Below, piece by piece: positions 1 through 9,560 of a stretch of DNA of 64,000 nt; position 1 is the stretch's first letter, and the number at the start of each line of letters is the position of its first letter. This DNA is from Polyangiaceae bacterium (lineage in GTDB: Bacteria > Myxococcota_A > Polyangia > Polyangiales > Polyangiaceae). Under the pieces are notes generated by a model. That model saw only the letters and a program-made list of their open reading frames with translations. It made no database searches and was not told where the DNA came from. Made by a program: the position numbers and the translations under genes. The stretch covers positions 182-64,181 of the forward strand of contig DAORJJ010000001.1 of assembly GCA_035439005.1 (NCBI GenBank), read 5' to 3'.

Positions 1-614
1 GCGACCTCGAGCAGCTCGAGGAGCGGCGCGTCGCTCCCCGCGGCGAGCGCCTCGAGCGCGGCGAGCCGCCCCTCGTCGAGCTCCGCGCGCGCCACGAGCG
101 CCTCGCCCAGCCCTGGCAGAAACTGCGCGCCCGCGCGGCCCTCGTACTCGGCGCCAAGCCGCGCGCGCATCGGCCGGCAGCGCGCCCAGAGCGGCGCGAG
201 CGTCGCGGCGTGCGCCGGCATGCGCTCCACGAGCGCGACCGCGATCCGATCGCACACCTGCTCCTCGATGAACGAGCTCTCCGCGGCCACGCCGAGCGAG
301 TAGCGCAGGTGGTGCGCGAGCTCGTGGCAGACGATGAGCGGGAGCGCGACCTCGTAGAAGGCCACGGCCTCGTCGAGATCGGCGCAGCCCATCACGCGGC
401 AGAAGAAGAGCCAGCGCAGGCGGTCGCGGCCGCTCTCGACGACCGGAGGACAGAAGAGGATTTGCCCGGTGTCGTGGCGGTATCCGGGGCACGGGTGGCC
501 GTCGAGGGCGACCGTGAGCCCGGGATCGGGCGCGAGGCCGTAGTTGTCGAGCAGCGGGCGCGTCGCCTCGACGATGGCGCGCGCGCGCGACAGCCAGGTG
601 TCGGCGTCGCTCAT
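1..614 (-). CDS. HExxH zinc-metallopeptidase-like protein (C-terminus runs off the window)
   Basis: Own translation of the minus strand from the ATG at 612-614, which forms an ATGA overlap with the stop of the upstream ORF at 611-613. It reads MSDADTWLSRARAIVEATRPLLDNYGL...ALPLIVCHELAHHLRYSLG, where HELAH is an HExxH motif. GC3 is high. It is absent from the ORF track because there is no stop inside the window. Confidence 0.5.
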   Translation of the reverse strand, partial: MSDADTWLSRARAIVEATRPLLDNYGLAPDPGLTVALDGHPCPGYRHDTGQILFCPPVVESGRDRLRWLFFCRVMGCADLDEAVAFYEVALPLIVCHELAHHLRYSLGVAAESSFIEEQVCDRIAVALVERMPAHAATLAPLWARCRPMRARLGAEYEGRAGAQFLPGLGEALVARAELDEGRLAALEALAAGSDAPLLELLEV

Positions 615-1723
615 GCGGCGCGGGGGCCGAGCGCGGCCGGGAGGCGCCGGCCGAGGTGGAGCTCGAGCGCCGCGTGGCACGCCCCGTACACGGAGGCGAC
701 GATCGCCAGCGGCGGGCTCATGTGGTCGGCGCCGAGCACGATGCCTTCGGCCGGCACGCGGGCCCGCAGCGCTGCGGCCCGGGAGAGCTCCACCCCGAGG
801 CCGAAGAGCGCGGCGCGGCCGCGGCACCGCGGCGGCAGCGTCTCGAGGGCCCGCACAAGCTCCACCGCGAGGCGCTCCACCGCCAGCTCGAAGAAGCCCC
901 GCGCGAGCGCGAGGAGCTCCTCCTCGGTCGCGAGCTCCCGATCGAGGTTCACCGCCTCGGCGAGCGCCGCGAGCGCCGTCGCGCGGGCCGGGTGCATTCC
1001 AAACAAACTGAGCTTCGCGGCCTCTTCCGGCGGGAGCAGGCCGAGCAGCGAGGAGACGTTGTCGAACCGCACGCCCCGGGGAATGACTGGATACGATCGA
1101 CCGCCCAGGTCGACGCGCGCCGCGAGCGCCTCGAGCGGCGTGCTCTGCGCGCCTATCCACACGAACTTCCCATGGCGCAGGCGGTGATCGAGCGGCCCGC
1201 GGGGCTCGGCGAGCGCGGCCGGATCGACCGCGCCGTCGACCAACGGGTTCACCTGCGAGGTGTCCCCGCCGGTGTCGATCACGAGGCCGCACGCGGGCTC
1301 GCCCATGACCGGGAGGCGCGCGGCGAGGTGCGCCGCGCCCACGCCGTTCGTGAAGGCCACGCGCTCCGCGGAGGCCGCCACCTCGGCGGCCGGAGTGGGC
1401 ACTCCATCGAGGCCGAGGGCGAACACCGCGGCGCGCGGGAGCGCCTTCTGGAGCACGTCCATCGTGTGCTCGGCGCCCTCTCGGTACGAGGGATACGCGT
1501 AGCCCGACGACATCACGCACACGGCCACGCGGACATCGAGCCCAGCGGTCACCTCGGCGATCGCCGCGGGCAGCCCGGCCTCGAAGTCGGCGTGGCGCGC
1601 CCGCGCGCGCCGCGCGTCGTACGGGAGCGGCCGGCTCGTCCACCGCACGGTGAGGTCGTCGGCGTCCGCGAGGCAGAGCTTGACCTTCGCGTTCCCGACG
1701 TCGATGCCCAGGGCGTACGGCAC
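611..1723 (-). CDS. hydantoinase/oxoprolinase-family (ASKHA-fold) ATPase-like protein
   Basis: 370-aa ORF. The N-terminal YALGIDVGNAKVK phosphate-1-like motif and the internal LVIDTGGDTS motif are typical of sugar-kinase/actin-fold ATPases of the hydantoinase A / H4MPT-linked C1-transfer type. Confidence 0.6.
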   Translation of the reverse strand: MPYALGIDVGNAKVKLCLADADDLTVRWTSRPLPYDARRARARHADFEAGLPAAIAEVTAGLDVRVAVCVMSSGYAYPSYREGAEHTMDVLQKALPRAAVFALGLDGVPTPAAEVAASAERVAFTNGVGAAHLAARLPVMGEPACGLVIDTGGDTSQVNPLVDGAVDPAALAEPRGPLDHRLRHGKFVWIGAQSTPLEALAARVDLGGRSYPVIPRGVRFDNVSSLLGLLPPEEAAKLSLFGMHPARATALAALAEAVNLDRELATEEELLALARGFFELAVERLAVELVRALETLPPRCRGRAALFGLGVELSRAAALRARVPAEGIVLGADHMSPPLAIVASVYGACHAALELHLGRRLPAALGPRAA

Positions 1724-1733
1724 GGCCGCGCGA

Positions 1734-1967
1734 TCAGCAGGCGGCGCGGCGCTTGTCGGGATCGGTCTCGGCCTTGTATTCGGCGGCGAACGCGCGGAGA
1801 TCGTCGGCGGTCATGCCGCGCAAGGTCTCGACCTCGGCGTCGGTCAGCGTCGCGCCGACCGACGCGACGGTGGCGCGAGGATCGCGGAGCAGGAGCTCGA
1901 GGAAGGCGGCGTCGGTGAGCGCGCGGTCGAAGAGTTGGTCCATGTGCGTCGTCTTCATGTCAGCCAC
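1734..1967 (-). CDS. 77-aa NHLP/Nif11-like leader-type small protein (candidate RiPP precursor)
   Basis: The sequence MDQLFDRALTDAAFLELLLRDPRATVASVGATLTDAEVETL resembles the helical leader of nitrile-hydratase-leader-peptide (NHLP) clan precursors. It ends in KRRAAC. The start overlaps the stop of the upstream gene by 8 nt. Confidence 0.45.
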   Translation of the reverse strand: MADMKTTHMDQLFDRALTDAAFLELLLRDPRATVASVGATLTDAEVETLRGMTADDLRAFAAEYKAETDPDKRRAAC

Positions 1968-2469
1968 CTTCTTTCTTCGGACGGAGCGCCCGGGTCTGTT
2001 CCACGAGCGCAGAGAGCGCGCCGCCGATCTGGGTCCAATCGGCGACGCGCCGCCGGGGGAGGCCCCCGAGGATGGGATCGCTCGCGACCGCGGCGTCCAC
2101 GTCGACGTCGGTCGTGATGACCGACGACAGGTTCCCCTTCACCATCCAGTGCTGGAGAAAGCGCAGCGAGGTCCCCGCGAGGCCGACGAGCGGCGTGCCG
2201 CGCGCGCAGAGCCAGCCGGCCTCGCTCGCGCAGTCGACGCCGAACGCGTCGAGCAGCAGGAGGCCCGCGTCGCAGCGCTCCATCTCGTCGATGCAGCGCT
2301 GGTAGATCGCGCGCGGGTACTCGGGGTGGGCGCGGTGCACCGGCGCGAACTCCTGCGGGAGCACGAGCTCGAAGTCGCCCTCGGGGAGCGCCTGGCGCAG
2401 CCGCGTGTTGAGGGGCCCGTTCGCGAGGCTCGCCGACAGATAGATGACGAGCCTGCCCCCGGGACGCAT
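1960..2469 (-). CDS. nucleoside 2-deoxyribosyltransferase-like protein
   Basis: The internal ATG at 2467-2469 gives MRPGGRLVIYLSASLANGPL...LLLLDAFGVDCASEAGWLCARGTPLVGL. The IYLSA / D..G..SEAGW..A.G.P layout matches the NDT fold. The upstream extension of the track ORF is Arg/Ala-rich junk. Confidence 0.5.
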   Translation of the reverse strand: MRPGGRLVIYLSASLANGPLNTRLRQALPEGDFELVLPQEFAPVHRAHPEYPRAIYQRCIDEMERCDAGLLLLDAFGVDCASEAGWLCARGTPLVGLAGTSLRFLQHWMVKGNLSSVITTDVDVDAAVASDPILGGLPRRRVADWTQIGGALSALVEQTRALRPKKEGG

Positions 2470-2521
2470 CGCGTGAGTATGCCCACGTTCGCCGGGGAGA
2501 TCCAGGCGGGCGTCTCCACGC

Positions 2522-3943
2522 TCAGCGGCGACGCCGCGACGCGCGCAGGCGCGCCACGACGAGGCCGAGCGCGCCGAGCGCGCCCAGCGTGGCGGCGAGC
2601 GCGCCGCGCGAGGCCGCCCCAGGGCCGGAAGAGGCCGCGCAGCTGCTCGGGCGGAGACGCGGGAGCTCGTCGCCCTCGTCGACGCCGCCGCCGGGCACCC
2701 CACCGGGCTCCAGGTTGGGCGGGCAGGGCGTGACGGGCGGGCACGTGGGCCGGTTGGTCTCGTTCGTGACCCGCCGGCTCGTCCCGATGAAGCTCTGGTC
2801 GCGCGCGGCCGCGAGGACGAGGTCCTCGGTGAGCGCCGCGTGCGCGAGATCGGCGCGGAGGCGCGTGGCGCGAAAGCTCGAGCCGAGCCCCGGCGGCATG
2901 AGCGCGGCGAGGTCGTCTTCGCGGACCTCGTAGGCGGTCCGCGCGGGCTTGCCGTCCGCGGCGGGCACGGCCGTGTATTCGTCGTCGGCGGCGTTGCGAA
3001 CGCGCGTGGCGACGGTGGCCTGGAGCGTCGTCGCGCTCGACTCGAGCTCCCACCCGCGGCCGCCCGCGGCCCCCGACTTCTGCGCGCGCAGCGCCTGGAA
3101 GTTGCTCTGGTCGTTGCGCCAGTCCCACACGAGCTCGTCGGCGGCGATCCCGAACACGGGGAAGTTCGTGGGCTCGTAGCGCCCCTCCGCGAGCACCCAG
3201 AGCGTGATGCCCACGACGGCCCCAGTGCCCGCCGCCACCATGCGGAGCGGGAGCACGACCGAGGCGCCCGCCGTCGTCACGCGCACGGGGCGCATCGCGC
3301 GCACCGTCGCGCCGGGCAGGAGCTTCATCGCGAGGAAGTTGAAGTGCTCATTCACATACGCCGCCACGATCGGCTTCACGTCGTTGGGGATCGTGAAGCC
3401 GTTGTCGGCGAGCCACGCGTTGAGCGCCTGCGGATCGGTCGACTGGAGCTGGACGGTCTGGTAGGGCCCGACCACTTCGCTCTTCGTCACGGTCACCGGG
3501 GGCGGTGGGGGCGCGCTCGTCCCGGTCGCGGTGGCGGTCGCCGCCGGGGCTCCGGCCGCGCCGCCGAAGCCGCACATCGGCTGGGGGGGACAAACAGGCC
3601 GCGGGGGCGGGACGATGCTCACGGCGGTCTCTGCGTCGAGCGCCCTGAACACGGCGTCGGCCGAGAGCCCGACTTGCGCCTCTCCCGTGATGGGCAGCAC
3701 CCACGCGAACGCCTCGGGCGCGCCCTGATACCGAATTTGGTCGTAGAGCGTCGACTGGCCTTGTCCCACCGAGAGCACCATGCGGTGATCGGTCACCACG
3801 GTGGACGTCTCGGGCTTCGAGGGTATCGGCGGCGGCACGAAGCACCCCCCGCAGGCCGCGGCCGGCGCCGCGTAGAGCGCCGAGGCGAGGACGAGCGCGG
3901 CGACCGGCAGACACAGCGAGACGCGATGCGAAAGTCGAAGCAT
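2522..3943 (-). CDS. DUF2330 domain-containing secreted protein with C-terminal membrane anchor
   Basis: A signal peptide (LCLPVAALVLASALYAAPAAA) is followed by CGGCFVPP, as in DUF2330 proteins. The C-terminus has a hydrophobic helix plus an RRRR tail. Confidence 0.65.
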   Translation of the reverse strand: MLRLSHRVSLCLPVAALVLASALYAAPAAACGGCFVPPPIPSKPETSTVVTDHRMVLSVGQGQSTLYDQIRYQGAPEAFAWVLPITGEAQVGLSADAVFRALDAETAVSIVPPPRPVCPPQPMCGFGGAAGAPAATATATGTSAPPPPPVTVTKSEVVGPYQTVQLQSTDPQALNAWLADNGFTIPNDVKPIVAAYVNEHFNFLAMKLLPGATVRAMRPVRVTTAGASVVLPLRMVAAGTGAVVGITLWVLAEGRYEPTNFPVFGIAADELVWDWRNDQSNFQALRAQKSGAAGGRGWELESSATTLQATVATRVRNAADDEYTAVPAADGKPARTAYEVREDDLAALMPPGLGSSFRATRLRADLAHAALTEDLVLAAARDQSFIGTSRRVTNETNRPTCPPVTPCPPNLEPGGVPGGGVDEGDELPRLRPSSCAASSGPGAASRGALAATLGALGALGLVVARLRASRRRR

Positions 3944-4052
3944 CCGTCCACGCTAGCAGCTCCATCAGGCCACGCCCGCCGCGTCGGGTCACGGCGGGTC
4001 CGCGCGGGCTCTCTTCGCACCCGCGGCGCGCTTCGAGTACGCTCGCCGCAGC

Positions 4053-4862
4053 ATGCGAACCGCTCACGCCTTTGCGGCAGCCTCGAGCCTCGTCGCCGCC
4101 GCGCTCGTCGCCGGCTGCGGGGGCAGCTCCCTGGTGCTGAAGAGCCCGCTCGCGGACAAGTGCACCGACGCGGGCCTGAAGCGCTGCGACGAGCTCACCG
4201 AGGGCGTGCTCGCGTACGTCGAGGGCGACCGCGCCGGGGGCACGGTGCGCATCCAGCGCGTGGTGCTCGACAACGACGCCGCGCGCGTGAAGAAGCTCGC
4301 GGGGCTGCTCCGGGGCGCCGCGAGCGCGCCGGGCCTCGGCTCCTTCAAGGCGCAGCTCGAGGAGGTCGCGGCGCTCCTCGACACGGGCGGGTCCGCCGCC
4401 GCGGGCTCGCCGGCGCCCGACCCAGACGCCAAAGCCGACGCCAAGTCCGAGGCCAAGGCGGACGCGAAGGCCGACGCGCGGGGCGGCGCCACCGACGACG
4501 CGCGCACCAAGACGGTGACGGCGATCCTCGCGGGTCACCCGCGCGCGTACGCGTGCGCCCCGCTGGGCAAGACGACGCAGGCGTACGCGGGCTCCACCTG
4601 CCTCCGCCTCGGCATCGGTCCGCTGGTCGTCTCCGACCTCGTGACGAGCGCCTCGTGCCCCGGCGACATCTTGGTCATGGCCGGGCCGTCCGACGCCCCC
4701 GCGTGGGTGGTCGGCATCGTCCCGCCGCGCGAGCGGTTCGCGATGCACGGGGCGCGCCTCGTGGTCGCGCCCGAGGACGAGCTCGTCGTCGCCGTCCACT
4801 CGGCGACAGCGCTCCCGCGGGACGCCTCGTGCGGTGTCACTGTGTCGATGCGGCGCCCCTGA
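4053..4862 (+). CDS. hypothetical lipoprotein
   Basis: Signal peptide with lipobox LVAGC, high GC3, and a repetitive KADAKSEAKADAKAD segment. Confidence 0.55.
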   Translation: MRTAHAFAAASSLVAAALVAGCGGSSLVLKSPLADKCTDAGLKRCDELTEGVLAYVEGDRAGGTVRIQRVVLDNDAARVKKLAGLLRGAASAPGLGSFKAQLEEVAALLDTGGSAAAGSPAPDPDAKADAKSEAKADAKADARGGATDDARTKTVTAILAGHPRAYACAPLGKTTQAYAGSTCLRLGIGPLVVSDLVTSASCPGDILVMAGPSDAPAWVVGIVPPRERFAMHGARLVVAPEDELVVAVHSATALPRDASCGVTVSMRRP

Positions 4863-4866
4863 CGCG

Positions 4867-5622
4867 TCAGCCGCCGAGCTTGGCGAGCATCTGCCGGGCG
4901 TAGTCGGCCTGCGCGCGGAGGCCGGGCGGCGGCCCGAGCGCGAGGAACCGCCGGAACGAGTCGCGCGCGGGGCCGACCTGGCCGAGCGAGGCCTCGGCGT
5001 TGGCCTTGTTGAACCAGGCGTGGAGCGACGCGCCGTCGATGGCGAGCGCCCGCGTGTACGCGTCGAGCGCCTCGGGCAGGCGCCCCATGCGGCCGAGGAC
5101 GTGCCCGCGGTCGCAGTGCGCGCGCGCGTGCCTCGGCGCGAGGGCGAGGACGGCGTCGTAGGCCGCGAGCGACTCCGGCAGCCGCCCCTGCGTCTCGAGG
5201 AGATCGGCCTTCTCGAACCACGCGTCGACGAGGGCGCGGTCGATCGCGAGCGCCTGCTCGAGCGTGGCCAGGGCCGGAGCGTGGCGGCCCATCTGCTTCT
5301 GGTGCTGCGCCTTGGCGAGCAAGAGGTGCGGCGCGGTCTCGATCGCGAGGGCCTCGTCGAACGCCGCGAGCGCCTCCTCGGCGCGACCGGCCTCGACCAG
5401 GGCGACGACCTTGTCGCACGCGCGGTCGAAGAGCGCCTTGCGCTGGGCCGGCGTGAGCTGCGCCGCGCGCATCGCGTCGAGCTTGGCGCCGACGGCCGCC
5501 GCCGGGTCGTCCCCGCCGACCACCGCGGTGTGGATCTCCCGGGTCGCCGCGCCGCAATACATGCACTTCGTGCGGCCCGGCGCCGGCCGCGAGCACGCGC
5601 TGCACACCACCTTGACGTTCAT
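4867..5622 (-). CDS. zinc-ribbon plus TPR-repeat protein
   Basis: The start is moved to the ATG at 5620-5622, which is preceded by GGGAG. The N-terminal motif is CSAC...CMYC, followed by several 34-aa TPR-like repeats (A..A...AL.I.P....AW..KA). Confidence 0.6.
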   Translation of the reverse strand: MNVKVVCSACSRPAPGRTKCMYCGAATREIHTAVVGGDDPAAAVGAKLDAMRAAQLTPAQRKALFDRACDKVVALVEAGRAEEALAAFDEALAIETAPHLLLAKAQHQKQMGRHAPALATLEQALAIDRALVDAWFEKADLLETQGRLPESLAAYDAVLALAPRHARAHCDRGHVLGRMGRLPEALDAYTRALAIDGASLHAWFNKANAEASLGQVGPARDSFRRFLALGPPPGLRAQADYARQMLAKLGG

Positions 5623-5749
5623 GCCGTGCTCCCTTCGGTCGCTTGGCACAGGCCTTCGTTCGCCCCTTCGGGGCTCACTCCCAGGTTCGACATGCGCCCC
5701 TCCTCGACTGCCACGTACGCATCCCTACGATGCCCCATTCGCGCGCGCC

Positions 5750-6727
5750 TCACACCTCATTTCGGGGTCGATTGCCCTCTTCGCCCCGGCGCGCCTCGAC
5801 GAACGGGTAGGCGTCGCGCAGCGCGGCCGCCACGGCCTCGAGGGCGGGCCCGAGCGGCGAGCGCTTGCGCCACACGACCGCGAGCGTGCGGAAGGCCCCC
5901 GGGCCGCGGAGCGGCCGGACGCACAGCCGCGCGCGGCGCGCCTCGACCTCCACCGCGAGCGCCGGCAGGAGCGTGATCCCCGCGCCGCCCGCGACCATCT
6001 GCACCAGGGTCGAGAGGCTCGTCGCGCGGAACTCCCCCTCGCGCACGCCCGCGGCGCCGCAGGCCTCGAGCGCCTGCTCGCGGAAGCAGTGGCCCTCGTC
6101 GAGCAGGAGCAGCTCCTCGCCGCGCAGCTCGGCCTGCGCGACCGCCACGTCTCTCTTCGCGGGCCTGGCGAGCGCGTGACCAGGGGGCGTCACGAGCACG
6201 AAGGGATCCTCCGCGATCACGGCGCGCTCCAGGTCGCGGTCTGCGTCCCCGAGCTCGGCCTCGAGGGCGAGCACCGCGCCCTCGAGCTCGCCGTCGCGCA
6301 GCCTGCGCACGAGCACCTCGGTCTTCTCCTCGAGCCAGGCGACGCGCAGGCGGGGCAGGCGCTTGCGCAGCTTCGGGGTCGCGCGCGGGAGCAGGTACGG
6401 CGACACCGTGGGGATGACCCCGAGGCGCACGGTGCCGGCGAGCGGATCCTGGATGCGCAGGGCCGCCTGCACGAGGTCGTCGGCGCCGACGAGGAGCCGC
6501 CGCGCGCGCTCGACGACCTCCCGCCCAGCCTCGGTGATCAGCACCCGGCCCCCGCCGCGCTCGAAGAGAGGCACGCCGAGGGCGCCCTCCACCTGCGCGA
6601 GCTGCGCGCTCAGCGTGGGCTGCGACACGCGGCAGCGGGCGGCGGCGCGGTGGAACGACAGCTCGTCGGCGACCGCCACCACGTACTGGAGCTGGCGCAG
6701 CGTGAAGGGGTGCGGCCCGGCGCTCAA
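5750..6727 (-). CDS. oxyR: LysR-family hydrogen-peroxide sensor OxyR
   Basis: The N-terminal LysR HTH is LRQLQYVVAVADELSFHRAAARCRVSQPTLSAQL. The redox-Cys region LLLLDEGHCFREQALEACG...FRATSLSTLVQMVAGGAGITLLP closely parallels E. coli OxyR around C199/C208. Confidence 0.85.
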   Translation of the reverse strand: MSAGPHPFTLRQLQYVVAVADELSFHRAAARCRVSQPTLSAQLAQVEGALGVPLFERGGGRVLITEAGREVVERARRLLVGADDLVQAALRIQDPLAGTVRLGVIPTVSPYLLPRATPKLRKRLPRLRVAWLEEKTEVLVRRLRDGELEGAVLALEAELGDADRDLERAVIAEDPFVLVTPPGHALARPAKRDVAVAQAELRGEELLLLDEGHCFREQALEACGAAGVREGEFRATSLSTLVQMVAGGAGITLLPALAVEVEARRARLCVRPLRGPGAFRTLAVVWRKRSPLGPALEAVAAALRDAYPFVEARRGEEGNRPRNEV

Positions 6728-6796
6728 GGCGCGCTCCTCGCGGACATCGCCCGATAGTACCCCACTATCGAACGGAGCGTGTCCATCGACGCACGC

Positions 6797-8848
6797 TCAG
6801 CCGCGACGCTTCGGAGGCGAGAGCGCCACGAGGTCGTCGCGGACGCGGCGCAGCGCCGCGGCGGGCGCGTCGACGGGGCCGACCCGCGGCCAGAGCGCGC
6901 AGCCGAGGGCCTCGGCGACGCGCGCGGCGGCGGCGAGCGCGCGCCCGGGATCCGCCGTCACGAGCGTCACCACCGGCGACTCGAACGACAGCCTCGCGTC
7001 GAACGGCTCCTCGAGCTCGGCGCGCAGCCCCGCGCGCGCGCCCTCGAGGCTCGGCTTCGGCTCGCGGTAGCCCGTGTAAAACGTGCAAGTTACACGCACA
7101 CGCGCGCCCGCGACGACCGTCACGTTGGCCCCCGCGCGCTGGAGCCGGGCGGCCAGGCGCGGCCGGGCCCGCGCCACGCGGAGCAGCAGGCTGTGCTTGG
7201 ACGCGGCCACGAGCCCCTCGTCCGGCGAGAGCCGCGCCGCCGCCTCCGCAGCCGTCCGCTCGTCGAAGAACCGCGCCCACAGCCACGCCCCTGGCCCGCC
7301 GTCGCGGCCGCGCGCGAGCGAAGGGAGGAGCCGCGGCACGGAGAGGTCGGTCTCGGCGACGAGCTCGCCGGCGATCGTCGCCCCGAGGGAGGCCGCGAGC
7401 GCGTCGAGGTCGCGCCCGTAGGCGCCGAGCGAGGCGTCGCCCTGGCCAAAGACCCGCAGGGCCCCGTACGCGTCCTGGCCGTGGCGCGTGAACGGGGCCT
7501 CGAGCCGCGCCTCGGCGGCGGCGCGGGCGCGCGCGGGATCGGGCGCGCGCAGGCCGACGAGGAGCTGGATCTGCCCGTGCTCGTGGACGCCGTTGTAGAC
7601 CGCGCGCCCGCCGCGCCGCCAGAGCAGCTCGCGGAGCGAGGGGTAGTCGTCCGCGAGCGTGGAGTCGGTGTGGAGCAGCACGGCCCGCCCGAGCGCGAGC
7701 ATGGCGTCCGGCGCGTACTCGTTCGCCTGCGGGGTGACGCCCTCGGCGCGGAGGAGCGCGTCCCACGCCGGGGAGTAGCGCTCCCCCGCCGCGAACCCCG
7801 GCAGGAGCGCGTCGACGTACGCGCGCGCGTCGGCGGCCTCGTCGAAGCGCCCCACGAGCACGCAGTCGCCGCTGTTGTTGCCGGAGAACGCCCGGTAGAC
7901 GCGCACACCGTCCGAGAGCGAACTCGCGGCCTCGGACCCACGCGCGCACCCTCGGCGCGGCGACGGCGCCGATAGGCGCGCGCGCTCGTGGCGCCACACG
8001 GCGAGCACGTCGTCCGCCGTGTCCGCGGGGAAGCCCTCGTCGGAGAACGAGCACGCGCGCACCCTGCGGTCGGGATCGAGCGTCACGAAGTCGAGCCCCG
8101 CGCCGCACCCGCCGAGCGAGGCGAGCGGCAGCGGGTCGAGGCGGCGGCCGAGGCACACGCTGAGCCGCGCCGGCAGCCGGCTCTCGGCCACGATCTCGGC
8201 GAGCGCGGCGTCGTGCTCGACGCCCAGGTGGAGGGCGCGGTCGGGCCCCACGTACGAGAGCAGCGCCACGTCCCGCGCCCCGGCGCGTCGCAGCCGCTCG
8301 AGCACCGACGGCAGGGCCGCGAGGCGCTCGGGGATCACGAGCACGTTGGCCGCGGCGCGCACGCCGCCGTCGGCGAGCCGCGCCACGCGGTCCTCCCACG
8401 GGGTGTCGTCGTACACCGACACGCGCACCTCCCCTACCCTCCCGCGGAGCCGCGCGACCCGCGCGTCGTCCAGCAACACGCCGTTGGTGGTGAGGTGCAC
8501 GGCGAGCGGCGTCTCGTCGTGGAGGCGGTCCAAGAGCCGAGAGAGCCCGCGGAACGCGAGCGGCTCCCCGCCGCCGAGCGACACCTCCAGCACGCGGCGC
8601 GCGGCGAGATCGCGGAGCAGATCGGCGGCCGAGTCCGCCGTCCACGAGGTCGCCACGCTCGGATCGCGCGAGCAGAAGGCGCACGCGAGGTTGCACGCGT
8701 GCGACAGCGAGAGCATGACCACCCGCGGCGAGACCTGGGTGAGCGCGCGCGTCTCGGGCCCGTCCCAGCGGACGTGGGCGCCCGTCGACGGCTGAAACCA
8801 CGACATCGCGCCGTCGAGGGGGAACGCACGGAACGCCGCGGTGGCCAT
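6797..8848 (-). CDS. radical SAM protein fused to a ~380-aa uncharacterised C-terminal domain
   Basis: It has the CNLACAFC (CxxxCxxC) radical-SAM cluster motif, a GGGEP motif, and a partial SPASM-like CGAG...RVRAC segment. The start is set to the ATG at 8846-8848 (MATAAFRAF). I do not recognise the C-terminal half. Confidence 0.65.
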   Translation of the reverse strand: MATAAFRAFPLDGAMSWFQPSTGAHVRWDGPETRALTQVSPRVVMLSLSHACNLACAFCSRDPSVATSWTADSAADLLRDLAARRVLEVSLGGGEPLAFRGLSRLLDRLHDETPLAVHLTTNGVLLDDARVARLRGRVGEVRVSVYDDTPWEDRVARLADGGVRAAANVLVIPERLAALPSVLERLRRAGARDVALLSYVGPDRALHLGVEHDAALAEIVAESRLPARLSVCLGRRLDPLPLASLGGCGAGLDFVTLDPDRRVRACSFSDEGFPADTADDVLAVWRHERARLSAPSPRRGCARGSEAASSLSDGVRVYRAFSGNNSGDCVLVGRFDEAADARAYVDALLPGFAAGERYSPAWDALLRAEGVTPQANEYAPDAMLALGRAVLLHTDSTLADDYPSLRELLWRRGGRAVYNGVHEHGQIQLLVGLRAPDPARARAAAEARLEAPFTRHGQDAYGALRVFGQGDASLGAYGRDLDALAASLGATIAGELVAETDLSVPRLLPSLARGRDGGPGAWLWARFFDERTAAEAAARLSPDEGLVAASKHSLLLRVARARPRLAARLQRAGANVTVVAGARVRVTCTFYTGYREPKPSLEGARAGLRAELEEPFDARLSFESPVVTLVTADPGRALAAAARVAEALGCALWPRVGPVDAPAAALRRVRDDLVALSPPKRRG

Positions 8849-8978
8849 CGGCCCACGGTACCAGAGCCCACGCGCCGCCGCGGAGCCCGCCCCGAACCCC
8901 TTCCCCCCGCCGCTGGCTCGTACCGGGAGGCGGGCGATCTCCCGCCCTCCGGAGGAGCCCCGCGCGGGCGATCGGACC

Positions 8979-9143
8979 ATGCTGAAACTTGCGCTCTACA
9001 TCCTGGGAGGCGCCCTCCTCGGCTTCGCCTACCACCGCCTCGTGGGCTGTCGCTCGGGCGCGTGCCTCATCACGGCGAATCCCTACGTGTCCACGCTCTA
9101 CGGCGCCGTGATGGGGTATCTGCTGTCCGGCGGCCTGCGCTGA
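8979..9143 (+). CDS. small two-helix membrane protein (DUF6132-like)
   Basis: The internal ATG at 8979 gives MLKLALYILGGALLGFAYHRLVGCRSGACLITANPYVSTLYGAVMGYLLSGGLR. This matches the C..G.C small-membrane-protein pattern. It lies directly upstream of the ars genes. Confidence 0.45.
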   Translation: MLKLALYILGGALLGFAYHRLVGCRSGACLITANPYVSTLYGAVMGYLLSGGLR

Positions 9144-9212
9144 GCCGCGCGGCGATGGGCCCACCCGAGGCCCGTTGACCGCGCGCGGAGACTCTTCTAT
9201 CGTCTCTTCACG

Positions 9213-9560
9213 ATGAAACCAACGCCGCGAGCGGCCGCGCTCTGCTGCCCGCCCGCCGACGATCGGCCCGATCTGCGCCCCATCGAGGGGGACCTCGCCG
9301 ACGAGGAGCTGGCGAGCCTCTGCAAGGCGCTCGGGCACCCCGCGCGCGTGAAGATCTTGCGGCTCCTCGTGCGCAAGAACGCCTGCATTTGCGCTGACAT
9401 CGTGGACGAGCTGCCGCTCGCGCAGTCCACCGTGTCGCAGCACCTCAAGGTGCTGAAGGACGCGGGCCTCATCCGCGGCGACGTCGACGGGCCCCGCGTC
9501 TGCTACTGCATCGAGCCTCGGGCGCTCCGGCGCCTCAAGGCCCTCGTGGGGGGCGTGTGA
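9213..9560 (+). CDS. arsR: ArsR/SmtB-family metalloregulator
   Basis: [11 protein letters not shown]...CICADIV...[19 protein letters not shown] is a canonical ArsR winged HTH with a Cys pair. It is followed by acr3 and arsC. Confidence 0.85.
   Translation: MKPTPRAAALCCPPADDRPDLRPIEGDLADEELASLCKALGHPARVKILRLLVRKNACICADIVDELPLAQSTVSQHLKVLKDAGLIRGDVDGPRVCYCIEPRALRRLKALVGGV

Noticed and set aside
9173-9203. A possible arsR promoter, TTGACC ... TATCGT.
   Set aside because: By my count the spacer is 19 nt, which is longer than optimal. No second line of evidence supports it, so it is too weak to list as a feature.
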